Below the pieces are notes generated by a model. The model did not search any database, had not been told where the DNA came from, and worked only from the letters and a program-made list of their open reading frames with translations. Shown here piece by piece: positions 9,387 through 17,901 of a stretch of DNA of 64,000 nucleotides. Source of the stretch: an uncultured bacterium (lineage in GTDB: Bacteria; Patescibacteriota; Dojkabacteria; J137); NCBI GenBank assembly GCA_963700155.1, contig OY969472.1, forward strand, positions 936,690-1,000,689, read 5' to 3'. The translations under genes were made by a program, and so were the position numbers. The first letter of the stretch is position 1; the number at the start of each line of letters is the position of its first letter.

Positions 9387-10420
9387 AGGTATTGTTTTAA
9401 TTTTTCGGCAATAGCTTTAGCCATTAATGGGGGAACTGCGTTTCCCACCTGTCGATATTGACTAGTTTTAGAGCCTTTAAAAATAAATTTATCTGAAAAA
9501 GATTGAATCCTTGCGCTTTCCCTCACTGTCGGTACACGATTCCATTTATAATGAAAATGGTGTCTATGTCCTGTATCTATTGTAAAACTTGGCATACTAC
9601 TATTCAAACGTGTCCAAGCAATATGCATCTTCCTAGTTCCTCTTAAATTCTCTGGCAAATCTTTGTAATTACCGCCATCAGGTACTAAGTTTATTATTTC
9701 AATTGTCTTATCATTATGTACTGTAATTTGATGATTATAAATACCTTTAGAACCAGCCCTAATTTCTTCCTGATACTTATTTTGTGGCTCAAATATATAA
9801 GGAGTCCCATCATCAAGGCTTCCTTCTGGTAAGTCGCTCAATGCCTCGAAAGAGGTCACATGAATTGTAGTTCTTTTCTCTGGGAAAACAAAACTATCTG
9901 ATAATAATCCTATAAAGACTAATCGCTTTCTTTTTTGTGGAACACCATAATCTGAAGAAACTAAAATAGAAGAGCTAACTTTATATCCTAATTGTGAAAA
10001 ATCTTCAATAATTTGTTTTTTAACTTCACCTTTGGCAATAGAACCCAAGTTCGGAACGTTTTCCATTAGAAAGGCTCTAGGTTTTATCTCTGAAACAATT
10101 TTTACAAAATATTTGTAAAGGGAATTTCTTGGGTCTTCAATCATCCTTTTTCCAGCGATTGAAAAGCCCTGACAAGGTGGTCCACCAACAATAATATCTA
10201 TCTCTGAATTTACCTTATTTAATATTTCTTCTGACGTAATATCTTCTATATTTGCTAGGATTGCTTTAGCTCCCACATGATTAAATTTAAATGACTCTAT
10301 TGAATCTTTATCATTATCAATACCAAGTAAAGGAATAAATCCTGCTTGTTCAAATCCATTTGATAATCCCCCACATCCAGAGAATAAATCTATAAATTTT
10401 ATTTCTTTTTTAGTTTTCAT
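9383..10420 (-). CDS. DNA (cytosine-5)-methyltransferase
   Basis: DLFSGCGG, GGPPCQGFS, ENVP, QKRKR, GNAVPP. Confidence 0.95.
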   Translation of the reverse strand: MKTKKEIKFIDLFSGCGGLSNGFEQAGFIPLLGIDNDKDSIESFKFNHVGAKAILANIEDITSEEILNKVNSEIDIIVGGPPCQGFSIAGKRMIEDPRNSLYKYFVKIVSEIKPRAFLMENVPNLGSIAKGEVKKQIIEDFSQLGYKVSSSILVSSDYGVPQKRKRLVFIGLLSDSFVFPEKRTTIHVTSFEALSDLPEGSLDDGTPYIFEPQNKYQEEIRAGSKGIYNHQITVHNDKTIEIINLVPDGGNYKDLPENLRGTRKMHIAWTRLNSSMPSFTIDTGHRHHFHYKWNRVPTVRESARIQSFSDKFIFKGSKTSQYRQVGNAVPPLMAKAIAEKLKQYL

Positions 10421-10488
10421 GTCGTATTTAATTCAAGTATGTACATGCGATTATTAATTATACATCATCAAATTTCTGATGAGATATT

Positions 10489-11256
10489 TTAATTAAACTT
10501 TGCCCAATCGAAGCTCTGGTCTCCTTTCCTATTCAATATAATGTTTAACTTATTTGCTCTTACGTCGTAAATTGGTTTTAAAAACTCAAGCATTATTTGT
10601 TGATTTTCTAATCCAATAAAGAAAGGACACTCATATCCATCCGAATATGCTATGTGCCATTCAGCTGGCCACTGGTCTAAATTCTTTGTTCTATAGGTTA
10701 ATATTGCTATGTCATGATATTTTAAGGGAAAGGTAAGAAAGCTAGGTAGCTCAAAGTTATCTAATTCATCTATGTCAAATGATGAATTAATTCGAATACT
10801 CATAGGAGGGTTCATCATGGGTATCGCAAAAACCAATAAAAACTGTGGTTTTATTTCGGTTTTAGAAAGAATAAGATAATCACTCTTTCTGTTAAAAACT
10901 GGTGATTTTTCTGGAGAATAGGATGGTTCTTTAATAAAAGCTGAAAATAGATGTCTAACCCCACCACTATTTAGTTGTGCATTTAGTAATGTATTTCCTT
11001 TAACTATCATTTGAGAGTCTTTTTCACCGTAAGCTTTATAATGCGCTCTTCCAGAGGCGTGTATAGAGAGTTTTCCCTCTTTTTCACCCAATTGAGTAAT
11101 TAACCTATTGTTTTTAAAATCTTGGTTAAGCCATATTGTAGAACTAAATTCAGGCCAATTTACATATATTGAACCATCATTTTCCTGTGTAAATGAGAAA
11201 ATCTGATAATCTTTATCATTTTTCTTGAGAAAAACTCTTCTCTTATTAACTATCAT
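10489..11256 (-). CDS. hypothetical protein
   Basis: 255-aa ORF, no recognised motif. Confidence 0.65.
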   Translation of the reverse strand: MIVNKRRVFLKKNDKDYQIFSFTQENDGSIYVNWPEFSSTIWLNQDFKNNRLITQLGEKEGKLSIHASGRAHYKAYGEKDSQMIVKGNTLLNAQLNSGGVRHLFSAFIKEPSYSPEKSPVFNRKSDYLILSKTEIKPQFLLVFAIPMMNPPMSIRINSSFDIDELDNFELPSFLTFPLKYHDIAILTYRTKNLDQWPAEWHIAYSDGYECPFFIGLENQQIMLEFLKPIYDVRANKLNIILNRKGDQSFDWAKFN

Positions 11257-11327
11257 TGGCTTAAAATCTTTTCAGATATTTTTTAAGGGGTATATTATTT
11301 TTAGATATTATCATAAACTAAAATTAT

Positions 11328-12050
11328 ATGGAGATTAATTTAACCCCACAAAAGGCTTTTGAAGGAATTGGCTATTGTATTCTCAATGCAAAAAATAAAT
11401 TTGAAGATGCGGAAGTTCTATTTAAAGAGAAAAAATATTCAAGTGCTTTTTCTCTATATGCTATAGCTTTGCAGGAATGTGGCAAAATTAAAATTATAGC
11501 TGAAATTTCAAAGTTGAATAAAAATCAAAACATCATGTTAAAAGATTTGTGGAAAAAGTTCCGCGACCATAAGATAAAAGATTTTATGGGAGATTTTTTT
11601 CAAGTTTCTGGTGAAGGAGGTCCAAAAGTAGTTATGAATGAATATCAGAGGCTACTAAGGGAAAATATGGCTTTTAGCCCTGAAGATAGTAGATTAGATT
11701 CACTTTATGTAGATTTTAATTCGAAAGCTGAAGCTTGGAAATACCCTCAAAACTCTTTAGAAAAAACTTCAGCTATAAGGAGTAAAGTTATAGAAACATT
11801 AAATCGAATCAAAAGATTAGAACTAATAGGTTTCTACTCAGAGGGATATTTAAGAAAATATAAGAAATTTTATCAAGAGAACTTCTCACCTGTATTTGAT
11901 AAACTTTTAAATAACCCTGTGGCATTTGCAGAGGAGGCAGATAGACAATACTGGAAGGATTTAAATTTGAAATTTATAACTGATTTGATAACACAAGGTA
12001 TTTTGAAAAAGACACCGTATAAGAAGAGACCTCAAAACGAGGCCTCTTAA
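11328..12050 (+). CDS. abiV: AbiV family abortive infection protein
   Basis: NA..FEDAEVL, SAFSLYAIALQECGK, DHKIK, RLDSLYVD pattern. Confidence 0.75.
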   Translation: MEINLTPQKAFEGIGYCILNAKNKFEDAEVLFKEKKYSSAFSLYAIALQECGKIKIIAEISKLNKNQNIMLKDLWKKFRDHKIKDFMGDFFQVSGEGGPKVVMNEYQRLLRENMAFSPEDSRLDSLYVDFNSKAEAWKYPQNSLEKTSAIRSKVIETLNRIKRLELIGFYSEGYLRKYKKFYQENFSPVFDKLLNNPVAFAEEADRQYWKDLNLKFITDLITQGILKKTPYKKRPQNEAS

Positions 12051-12065
12051 CTTATTCGAGACACA

Positions 12066-12596
12066 CTATTCTTGTGTGATTGTTACAGTCCAACTAACTC
12101 CAGAAATAACATGCACATAATATGTACCTTCAGTTAACCCTCTAATGGTTGTGTCACCGTGTCCATCTTCTGCGCCATCAGTAGAGATATTTAAATCTTC
12201 GCCAGTCAATCCATTAAGAAAAGTATTCTCTCCTTCCTTTTGAAGGGTAATTGATGAATACGTCCCATATGAGCCACCTGTTGTAGTAGCTGTCATTTTG
12301 GCAGTTCCATCATGTACAGTGAAGCTCTCAGTATCTTTATTTCCTTTTCCAGAATAAGTTACATTTACTGGTTCAACTGGAGCTTTTGTATTTGTATCGG
12401 GTTGTTGACTATTGTTAGTAGTGTTTGTTGTTGAGTTTGAATTATTACCATTTGAAGAAGTTAAAAGTGCAACTCCTCCGCAACAAAGTAATAAAACTAC
12501 TATTAAACCCACTACTACGCCTAGAGTTCCCGTTATCCCTCCAAAAAAGGACTTTGTTGCTGAACTAGCCGATGATGCAGCTATATTTTGAGCCAT
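12066..12596 (-). CDS. membrane-anchored hypothetical protein
   Basis: N-terminal TM with CCGG, N/T-rich linker, beta-sandwich-like C-terminus. Confidence 0.75.
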   Translation of the reverse strand: MAQNIAASSASSATKSFFGGITGTLGVVVGLIVVLLLCCGGVALLTSSNGNNSNSTTNTTNNSQQPDTNTKAPVEPVNVTYSGKGNKDTESFTVHDGTAKMTATTTGGSYGTYSSITLQKEGENTFLNGLTGEDLNISTDGAEDGHGDTTIRGLTEGTYYVHVISGVSWTVTITQE

Positions 12597-12685
12597 AAAT
12601 ATAAAATATAAAAAATAAAATAATAAACTAAAAGTTTATTTCATCTTTAATACTGTTCTGGGAATTAACTGAGGCTATAGATAGC

Positions 12686-12798
12686 AAAAATGGCCTCCCA
12701 GACCAGCGGCTACACCCTTTCGGGCTGCCCTATAAGAGTTTCCCCTTATAGACGTACAGAACGATGCTGACTGGAAAGCCATTCAAACGTTCTGTACG
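12686..12798 (-). ncRNA. candidate structured leader RNA
   Basis: GC-rich stretch in an AT-rich spacer; two GAAA-capped hairpins, long closing stem plus U tract, alternative 11-bp pairing. Confidence 0.55.
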
Positions 12799-12945
12799 AT
12801 TTTTATTTTGATACCATGCCTATATTTGCATATCGGTTTAGGTCTCAGATATTGAATTATAATATAAAGGTGAAATTAACAAAAGTTTTTGGACGATATT
12901 AATAAAGAAGAAGTATAATTCTTAAAATTAAATATAAGCATTAAT

Positions 12946-13953
12946 ATGAAGAAGAAAAACAGTAATCCTACAAAAAGGAATAAAGAAGCTCACATTGATT
13001 TAGATTTGGATAATCCTCAACTTAAGTATGAACTTAATCACCTTAAAGAAGAAAATGAATTGTTTAAAATAGCTGCTTTTGAAGAACTTAAGCGTTTCCA
13101 AGCACAATTTCAATCTATGGCGTTACTGCCAACATATGCAATTACTGAGGCAATCAAGCCGTTGATTGATTTTCAAAATGTCTATTTAAACCAAATTAAG
13201 GAGATGACAGAGCTAGTTCAAAAATCTGTATACAATTCTGGAATTATGCAAATTGTTAGTTCTATTCAAAAATTACAAGTAGGTGCTTTCGCAGGTTTGA
13301 TTATAAACTCCGAAATTGAGAACCAAGTCATCTCATCTAAAAATGGACTTTTTACCACTTCCACCATTAGAAAAGCTAAGCTCACAGCCAGAAGTGAAGT
13401 GGGTATCAATATTGAAAAAAATACTACTACAGAAGTATCTAGTGGTATTTCATATAGAAAATTAGAGACAATTGAAACCAAACTTGAAATTCTAGATGAA
13501 AATATGAAAAGCCTCAGTAGTAAAGATGATTTAAGAATGATTAAGGAAAAGCTAAGTAAACATGATAATTTTTTTGATATGATTCAAGATAATCCATTCC
13601 AATTTTTTAAAATAAAAAAAGTGGATTTTGTTAAAGGATATAGTTATTTTCTAATTAATGGCAATATAAAAGTGATTATTCCTTCAAAAACATTACAGCA
13701 CTATATTTGTGAAGTCTTATTCTCGGGCAAAAAAGATAATATCACTGATGAATGGTTCACAGATGAAATTATTCATGAGTTGAAGTCATTTCTTGGAGTT
13801 GCTGAAATAAAAAGATTAACATGGTCAAAATTAAAAGAGGCAATAATTAATATTAATGAAAAAATAGCCATACAAACTACAAAGCAAGATGTGATAACAA
13901 TACCCAGAGCAGAAATAGCTCAATTAAATTACGAATATTTTTCTCCTAAGTAA
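12946..13953 (+). CDS. hypothetical protein (coiled coil, possible C-terminal winged helix)
   Basis: 335-aa ORF at the head of the element backbone genes. Confidence 0.65.
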   Translation: MKKKNSNPTKRNKEAHIDLDLDNPQLKYELNHLKEENELFKIAAFEELKRFQAQFQSMALLPTYAITEAIKPLIDFQNVYLNQIKEMTELVQKSVYNSGIMQIVSSIQKLQVGAFAGLIINSEIENQVISSKNGLFTTSTIRKAKLTARSEVGINIEKNTTTEVSSGISYRKLETIETKLEILDENMKSLSSKDDLRMIKEKLSKHDNFFDMIQDNPFQFFKIKKVDFVKGYSYFLINGNIKVIIPSKTLQHYICEVLFSGKKDNITDEWFTDEIIHELKSFLGVAEIKRLTWSKLKEAIININEKIAIQTTKQDVITIPRAEIAQLNYEYFSPK

Positions 13954-14041
13954 GTAAATTCCAGCTAAGCACTTCTACTCCAGCCGAACTCGGCTGACCT
14001 TTCTTTCATAAAATTTCCTCATAACTTTTAAAAATATAAGT

Positions 14042-14290
14042 ATGAAGAAAGAAGCCCAACATTTTAACACATTCGACCTAAATCTTGCTGCGGTTCTCCT
14101 TGCTAAAGGTTACATTCTTGAACAAGTTCAAAGAAATTCTAATGGCAAATCTCTATTTGTTTTTGATGAGTCAGATGCCTTGAAAAAACTAATAGAAAAG
14201 TACTGGAAAGGGAATCTTAAAATGAATCCCCAAGATGTATTCACAAGCCTAAAGGTCATTAAGAATAGGCTTTACAGCAGTTATTCATAA
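14042..14290 (+). CDS. DUF5659-like small protein
   Basis: FNTFDLNLAAVLLAKGY..FVF..YW..LKVIKNRLY pattern. Confidence 0.7.
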   Translation: MKKEAQHFNTFDLNLAAVLLAKGYILEQVQRNSNGKSLFVFDESDALKKLIEKYWKGNLKMNPQDVFTSLKVIKNRLYSSYS

Positions 14291-14294
14291 ACCT

Positions 14295-14486
14295 ATGGAA
14301 AAGGAGAGTCTTGATAAATTTAAAATTATTTTCAAGAAGGTTTATGGGATAGACCTGAGTGAAGCTCAAGCCCTCGATTTAGCAACTAATTTGCTCAATT
14401 TATATCGGGCAGTCTACAAAGAAAATCTAAATATTAATATTAAAAAATATGAAAAGGAAATACAATCTACGAAAAATCAAGACTAA
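14295..14486 (+). CDS. small hypothetical protein
   Basis: FKKVYGIDLSEAQA; tightly coupled between its neighbours. Confidence 0.6.
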   Translation: MEKESLDKFKIIFKKVYGIDLSEAQALDLATNLLNLYRAVYKENLNINIKKYEKEIQSTKNQD

Positions 14487-14919
14487 AAGGTCTTATACTT
14501 CCGAAGAGCTTGCAGAAACTTTAAAAGTCCATGTTCAAACTGTTCATGACTGGAAAAGAAATGGATTACTACCCCTTGAAGAAAAAACTTCGCCGCATCT
14601 GTTTCTTGGAACTGAAGTTAAAAGTTTTCTTACAAAATTTGTATCTAAGCATAAGGTCTCTCTGAAAGAAGGAGAATTTTATTGTTTATCTTGTAAAAAT
14701 GCAGTGAAACCAACAAGTTTTGAATCAATCAGAAGAGGAATTACCATCGGGAACTCCAGAGAATCGCTCATACTTAAAGCGACTTGTCCAATATGTTCAA
14801 AAGTCGTGCATAGATTTAGTAGTGCTCCATTAATTGCTGAAGCGGAAAAGCACTTAGTTCCTAAACAAATCCGAAAAACAACAGATTTAGAAAAGGATTC
14901 AATTATGCTATTTGACTAA
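14449..14919 (+). CDS. excisionase-like HTH protein with zinc ribbon
   Basis: YTSEELAETLKVHVQTVHDW; CLSC...CPIC. Confidence 0.75.
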   Translation: MKRKYNLRKIKTKRSYTSEELAETLKVHVQTVHDWKRNGLLPLEEKTSPHLFLGTEVKSFLTKFVSKHKVSLKEGEFYCLSCKNAVKPTSFESIRRGITIGNSRESLILKATCPICSKVVHRFSSAPLIAEAEKHLVPKQIRKTTDLEKDSIMLFD

Positions 14920-14951
14920 TAGAAAGTTAATTTATTTTTTATATAAAGTTT

Positions 14952-15386
14952 ATGAGAGCATCAAATTTATTTCAAATTTTGGATTTATCCAAAGACGTAG
15001 TAGCTGAAGTTAATATCTCTGATTTAATTAAATCGGGATTAGTATTGAATGAGGATTATGAGATTAAAAAGGATTTTTTATATAGCCAACCCGTTAAAAA
15101 TGATGGTGTGTTTTCTTTAGATATAACGAGAAGTAACGGTTGGTTTGGAAATATTGAAATACATTTCGCCTTTTTTATTGATACTAGTGAGAGCGATGAA
15201 AATATCCATATATCGCAGGAAGTGAGAATTGTGAAGAATAAAAATGGAAAATTGCAATTTGTTTGTCCAATTTTAGGTGGTGAAAATTTATGCTCAACTC
15301 TCTATTTGAGAAACGATTTTCCACTCTTTGGCTCAGATGAGGGTCTAAATGTGGGTTGGTGGCTAAAAAGTGCTCGAAGAGATTAA
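14952..15386 (+). CDS. hypothetical protein
   Basis: 144-aa ORF co-oriented with neighbours. Confidence 0.55.
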   Translation: MRASNLFQILDLSKDVVAEVNISDLIKSGLVLNEDYEIKKDFLYSQPVKNDGVFSLDITRSNGWFGNIEIHFAFFIDTSESDENIHISQEVRIVKNKNGKLQFVCPILGGENLCSTLYLRNDFPLFGSDEGLNVGWWLKSARRD

Positions 15387-15448
15387 CTAGGTTTTACAAA
15401 GTCCGTTATAACACTCGATTATGAACATTATCTTTTATTACAAATTAT

Positions 15449-16555
15449 ATGGCCAAGAACAAAGCAAAAAACGAAAAAATCAAACGAAAATATTTTGATT
15501 GGTTGCGAGGTGCTGAAGGTTTTTCAGATTTAACAATTGATGCAGTTGAAAAAGCAATCTGGAAATATGAAGAATTTACGAAAGAAGCCGATTATGGTGA
15601 ATTTAATGATAAAGTCGCAACGCAATTCAAAAAATGGCTTTCAACTGCAAAGAATCCAAGAACAGGGAATACTTTATCATTAACATCTCAGTACCATATT
15701 TTAAGGCATTTAAACTCACTTTTTGTGTGGCTTTCTGGGCAGGTCGGGTATAAATCAAAAGTCTCAACTTCTGATATTAGATACTTGAGATTGAGCAAAG
15801 AAGATTCAAGAAAAGCAACAAGTCCTAAACTTCCAAAATACCCTAGTCTTAGCTACATAAAGAAACTTTGCAGTTTTGAAGTTAATGATGAGATGGATAG
15901 AAGAGATAGAGCCTTAATTGCTTTTACAGCACTTTCAGGAATGAGAGATAGAGCAATCATTACTCTACCGATTTGCTGTTTTGATGTTCAAAAATTAGTT
16001 GTTTATCAAGACCCGACCAAAGGAGTTCATACTAAATTTTCAAAATCTATAATTACAACAATATTTAGATTTGATAAAGAACTTTTGGAGTATATTCTTG
16101 ACTGGCAAACGTATTTAACTGAGGAGAAAATGTTTACAGGTGAGAATCCGCTTTTCCCAAGCACACTAATAGAACTTGAGAGTGAAGTTAATCATTCTTT
16201 TGTCGCAAAAGGAGTGGAACCAATCTTCTGGAAAAATGCAGGAGCAATGAGAAAGATATTTCAAAACAGAGCAAAAGAAACTGGGCTGGATTATTTTTCG
16301 CCCCACAAATTTAGGCATTTTGCAATTAACGAAGCCCAGAAGTATGTAAACAATGCCGAAGAATTAAAAGCCGTCAGTCAAAATGTAGGACATGAGAATT
16401 TAACAACAACATTTTTCGGGTATGGAGGAATAGATGACTTCAGGGTTACAGAGATTATCGGTAATATGAACTTTGAGAAAAATAAGTCAAAAAGGAAACT
16501 AGATAAAGACACCATTGAAAAGCTGAAAGATTTATTGAACGAACAAGATGAGTGA
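15449..16555 (+). CDS. tyrosine recombinase/integrase
   Basis: RDRALIAF..SGMRD, HKFRH, VGHEN..TT..GY catalytic set. Confidence 0.9.
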   Translation: MAKNKAKNEKIKRKYFDWLRGAEGFSDLTIDAVEKAIWKYEEFTKEADYGEFNDKVATQFKKWLSTAKNPRTGNTLSLTSQYHILRHLNSLFVWLSGQVGYKSKVSTSDIRYLRLSKEDSRKATSPKLPKYPSLSYIKKLCSFEVNDEMDRRDRALIAFTALSGMRDRAIITLPICCFDVQKLVVYQDPTKGVHTKFSKSIITTIFRFDKELLEYILDWQTYLTEEKMFTGENPLFPSTLIELESEVNHSFVAKGVEPIFWKNAGAMRKIFQNRAKETGLDYFSPHKFRHFAINEAQKYVNNAEELKAVSQNVGHENLTTTFFGYGGIDDFRVTEIIGNMNFEKNKSKRKLDKDTIEKLKDLLNEQDE

Positions 16556-16621
16556 TATAAGGTTTATTTATAGAAACTATTGATTTAAAATGTACACATA
16601 TTTAACTCTTAATATAAAGCT

Positions 16622-17365
16622 ATGGAATTGAAAGACAAAGTTGTTTTGATAACAGGCTCTTCGAGCGGAATTGGGAAAGCCATTGCTATTAGATTAGCAA
16701 GTGAGGGAGCGAAGATTGTTATTAACTATAATTCTAACAAGGAAGGTGGGGAATCTACATTAAGTGAGATTCAAAGTTTAGGTAATGAAGGTCTGGTGGT
16801 TCAAGCAGATATTAGTGATGAATCTCAGGCGGAAAATCTAGTAAAAACAGTTATAGATAAGTTTGGAACAATCGATATTCTTGTTAATAATGCAGGGGGT
16901 TATATCGATGGTGATGATTGGAATGGTGAGAGCGAAGCATGGCTTAAAACTTTTCAAAAAAATATTCTTTCTGTAATGAATGTTTCTAAATATGTTCTCA
17001 GAGAATTTATTGAAGCTAAAAAAGGAAATATTGTTAGCATTGCAACAAGATATTCACTTTCAGGTCAATATGATTCACCAGCCTACTCTGCTTCAAAAGC
17101 AGGTATTGTAAATCTAACTCAAGGTTATGCAAAACTACTTTCACCGTTTGGAAGAGCAAATTGCATATCACCTGGAGCTGTAGAAGCTGGTTACTGGCTA
17201 AGAGCACCAAAAGAAGAGCTTGATGAAACTTTGGAAACAATTCCATTTAAAAGATTGATAAGTAAAGAGGAAGTTGCAGAAATGGTTTTTTACCTATCCT
17301 CTGAGCATTCTAAATCTATTACAGGTCAAAATTTTTTAATTGATGGAGGATTTAATTTAAAATAA
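16622..17365 (+). CDS. short-chain dehydrogenase/reductase
   Basis: TGSSSGIG, NNAG, YSASK. Confidence 0.95.
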   Translation: MELKDKVVLITGSSSGIGKAIAIRLASEGAKIVINYNSNKEGGESTLSEIQSLGNEGLVVQADISDESQAENLVKTVIDKFGTIDILVNNAGGYIDGDDWNGESEAWLKTFQKNILSVMNVSKYVLREFIEAKKGNIVSIATRYSLSGQYDSPAYSASKAGIVNLTQGYAKLLSPFGRANCISPGAVEAGYWLRAPKEELDETLETIPFKRLISKEEVAEMVFYLSSEHSKSITGQNFLIDGGFNLK

Positions 17366-17386
17366 TTTAATTTTTAAATAATAGAA

Positions 17387-17872
17387 ATGAATGCAGAGCC
17401 AAATCCAGAACACTTGAGAGAAATTCAAAGAGAGATTGTTTCAGGGCTTATTTTCTCAAAAGATGGGAAACTACTTGTTGGCAAAAAAGACCCGAATAAA
17501 GGTGGTGTATACGCTGATTGTTGGCATATTCCAGGAGGTGGAGTTGATGAAGGAGAAGATAAAATGACCACTTTAAAAAGAGAAATTAGAGAGGAAACAA
17601 ATTTAGATGTTGAGGGAGCTGAGCTTGAATTAGTTGATGATACTGGTCGTGGTTCAACAGAAAAGACATTGAAAGATACAGGTGAAAAAGTATGGTGCAA
17701 TATGAATTTTAATGTGTACAGGGTAAGGTTAAATAGAAATGCTTCTGAGATTGAATTAAATCCATCTGATGATTTAGTTGAATTAAAGTGGGTAGATATT
17801 TCTGAACTTAAGGAGCTTAAGCTAACACCACCAAGTATTGAATTGTTTAAAAGACTTGGATATATAGATTAG
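17387..17872 (+). CDS. NUDIX hydrolase
   Basis: PGGGVDEGE..TLKREIREETNL. Confidence 0.9.
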   Translation: MNAEPNPEHLREIQREIVSGLIFSKDGKLLVGKKDPNKGGVYADCWHIPGGGVDEGEDKMTTLKREIREETNLDVEGAELELVDDTGRGSTEKTLKDTGEKVWCNMNFNVYRVRLNRNASEIELNPSDDLVELKWVDISELKELKLTPPSIELFKRLGYID

Positions 17873-17901
17873 AGAATAAAATTTAAAATATAAGTATAAA
17901 T

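Noticed and set aside
15449-17872. classical integron (IntI with attC cassettes)
   Set aside because: No IntI-specific insertion recognised and no GTTRRRY/RYYYAAC attC pattern between the cargo genes.
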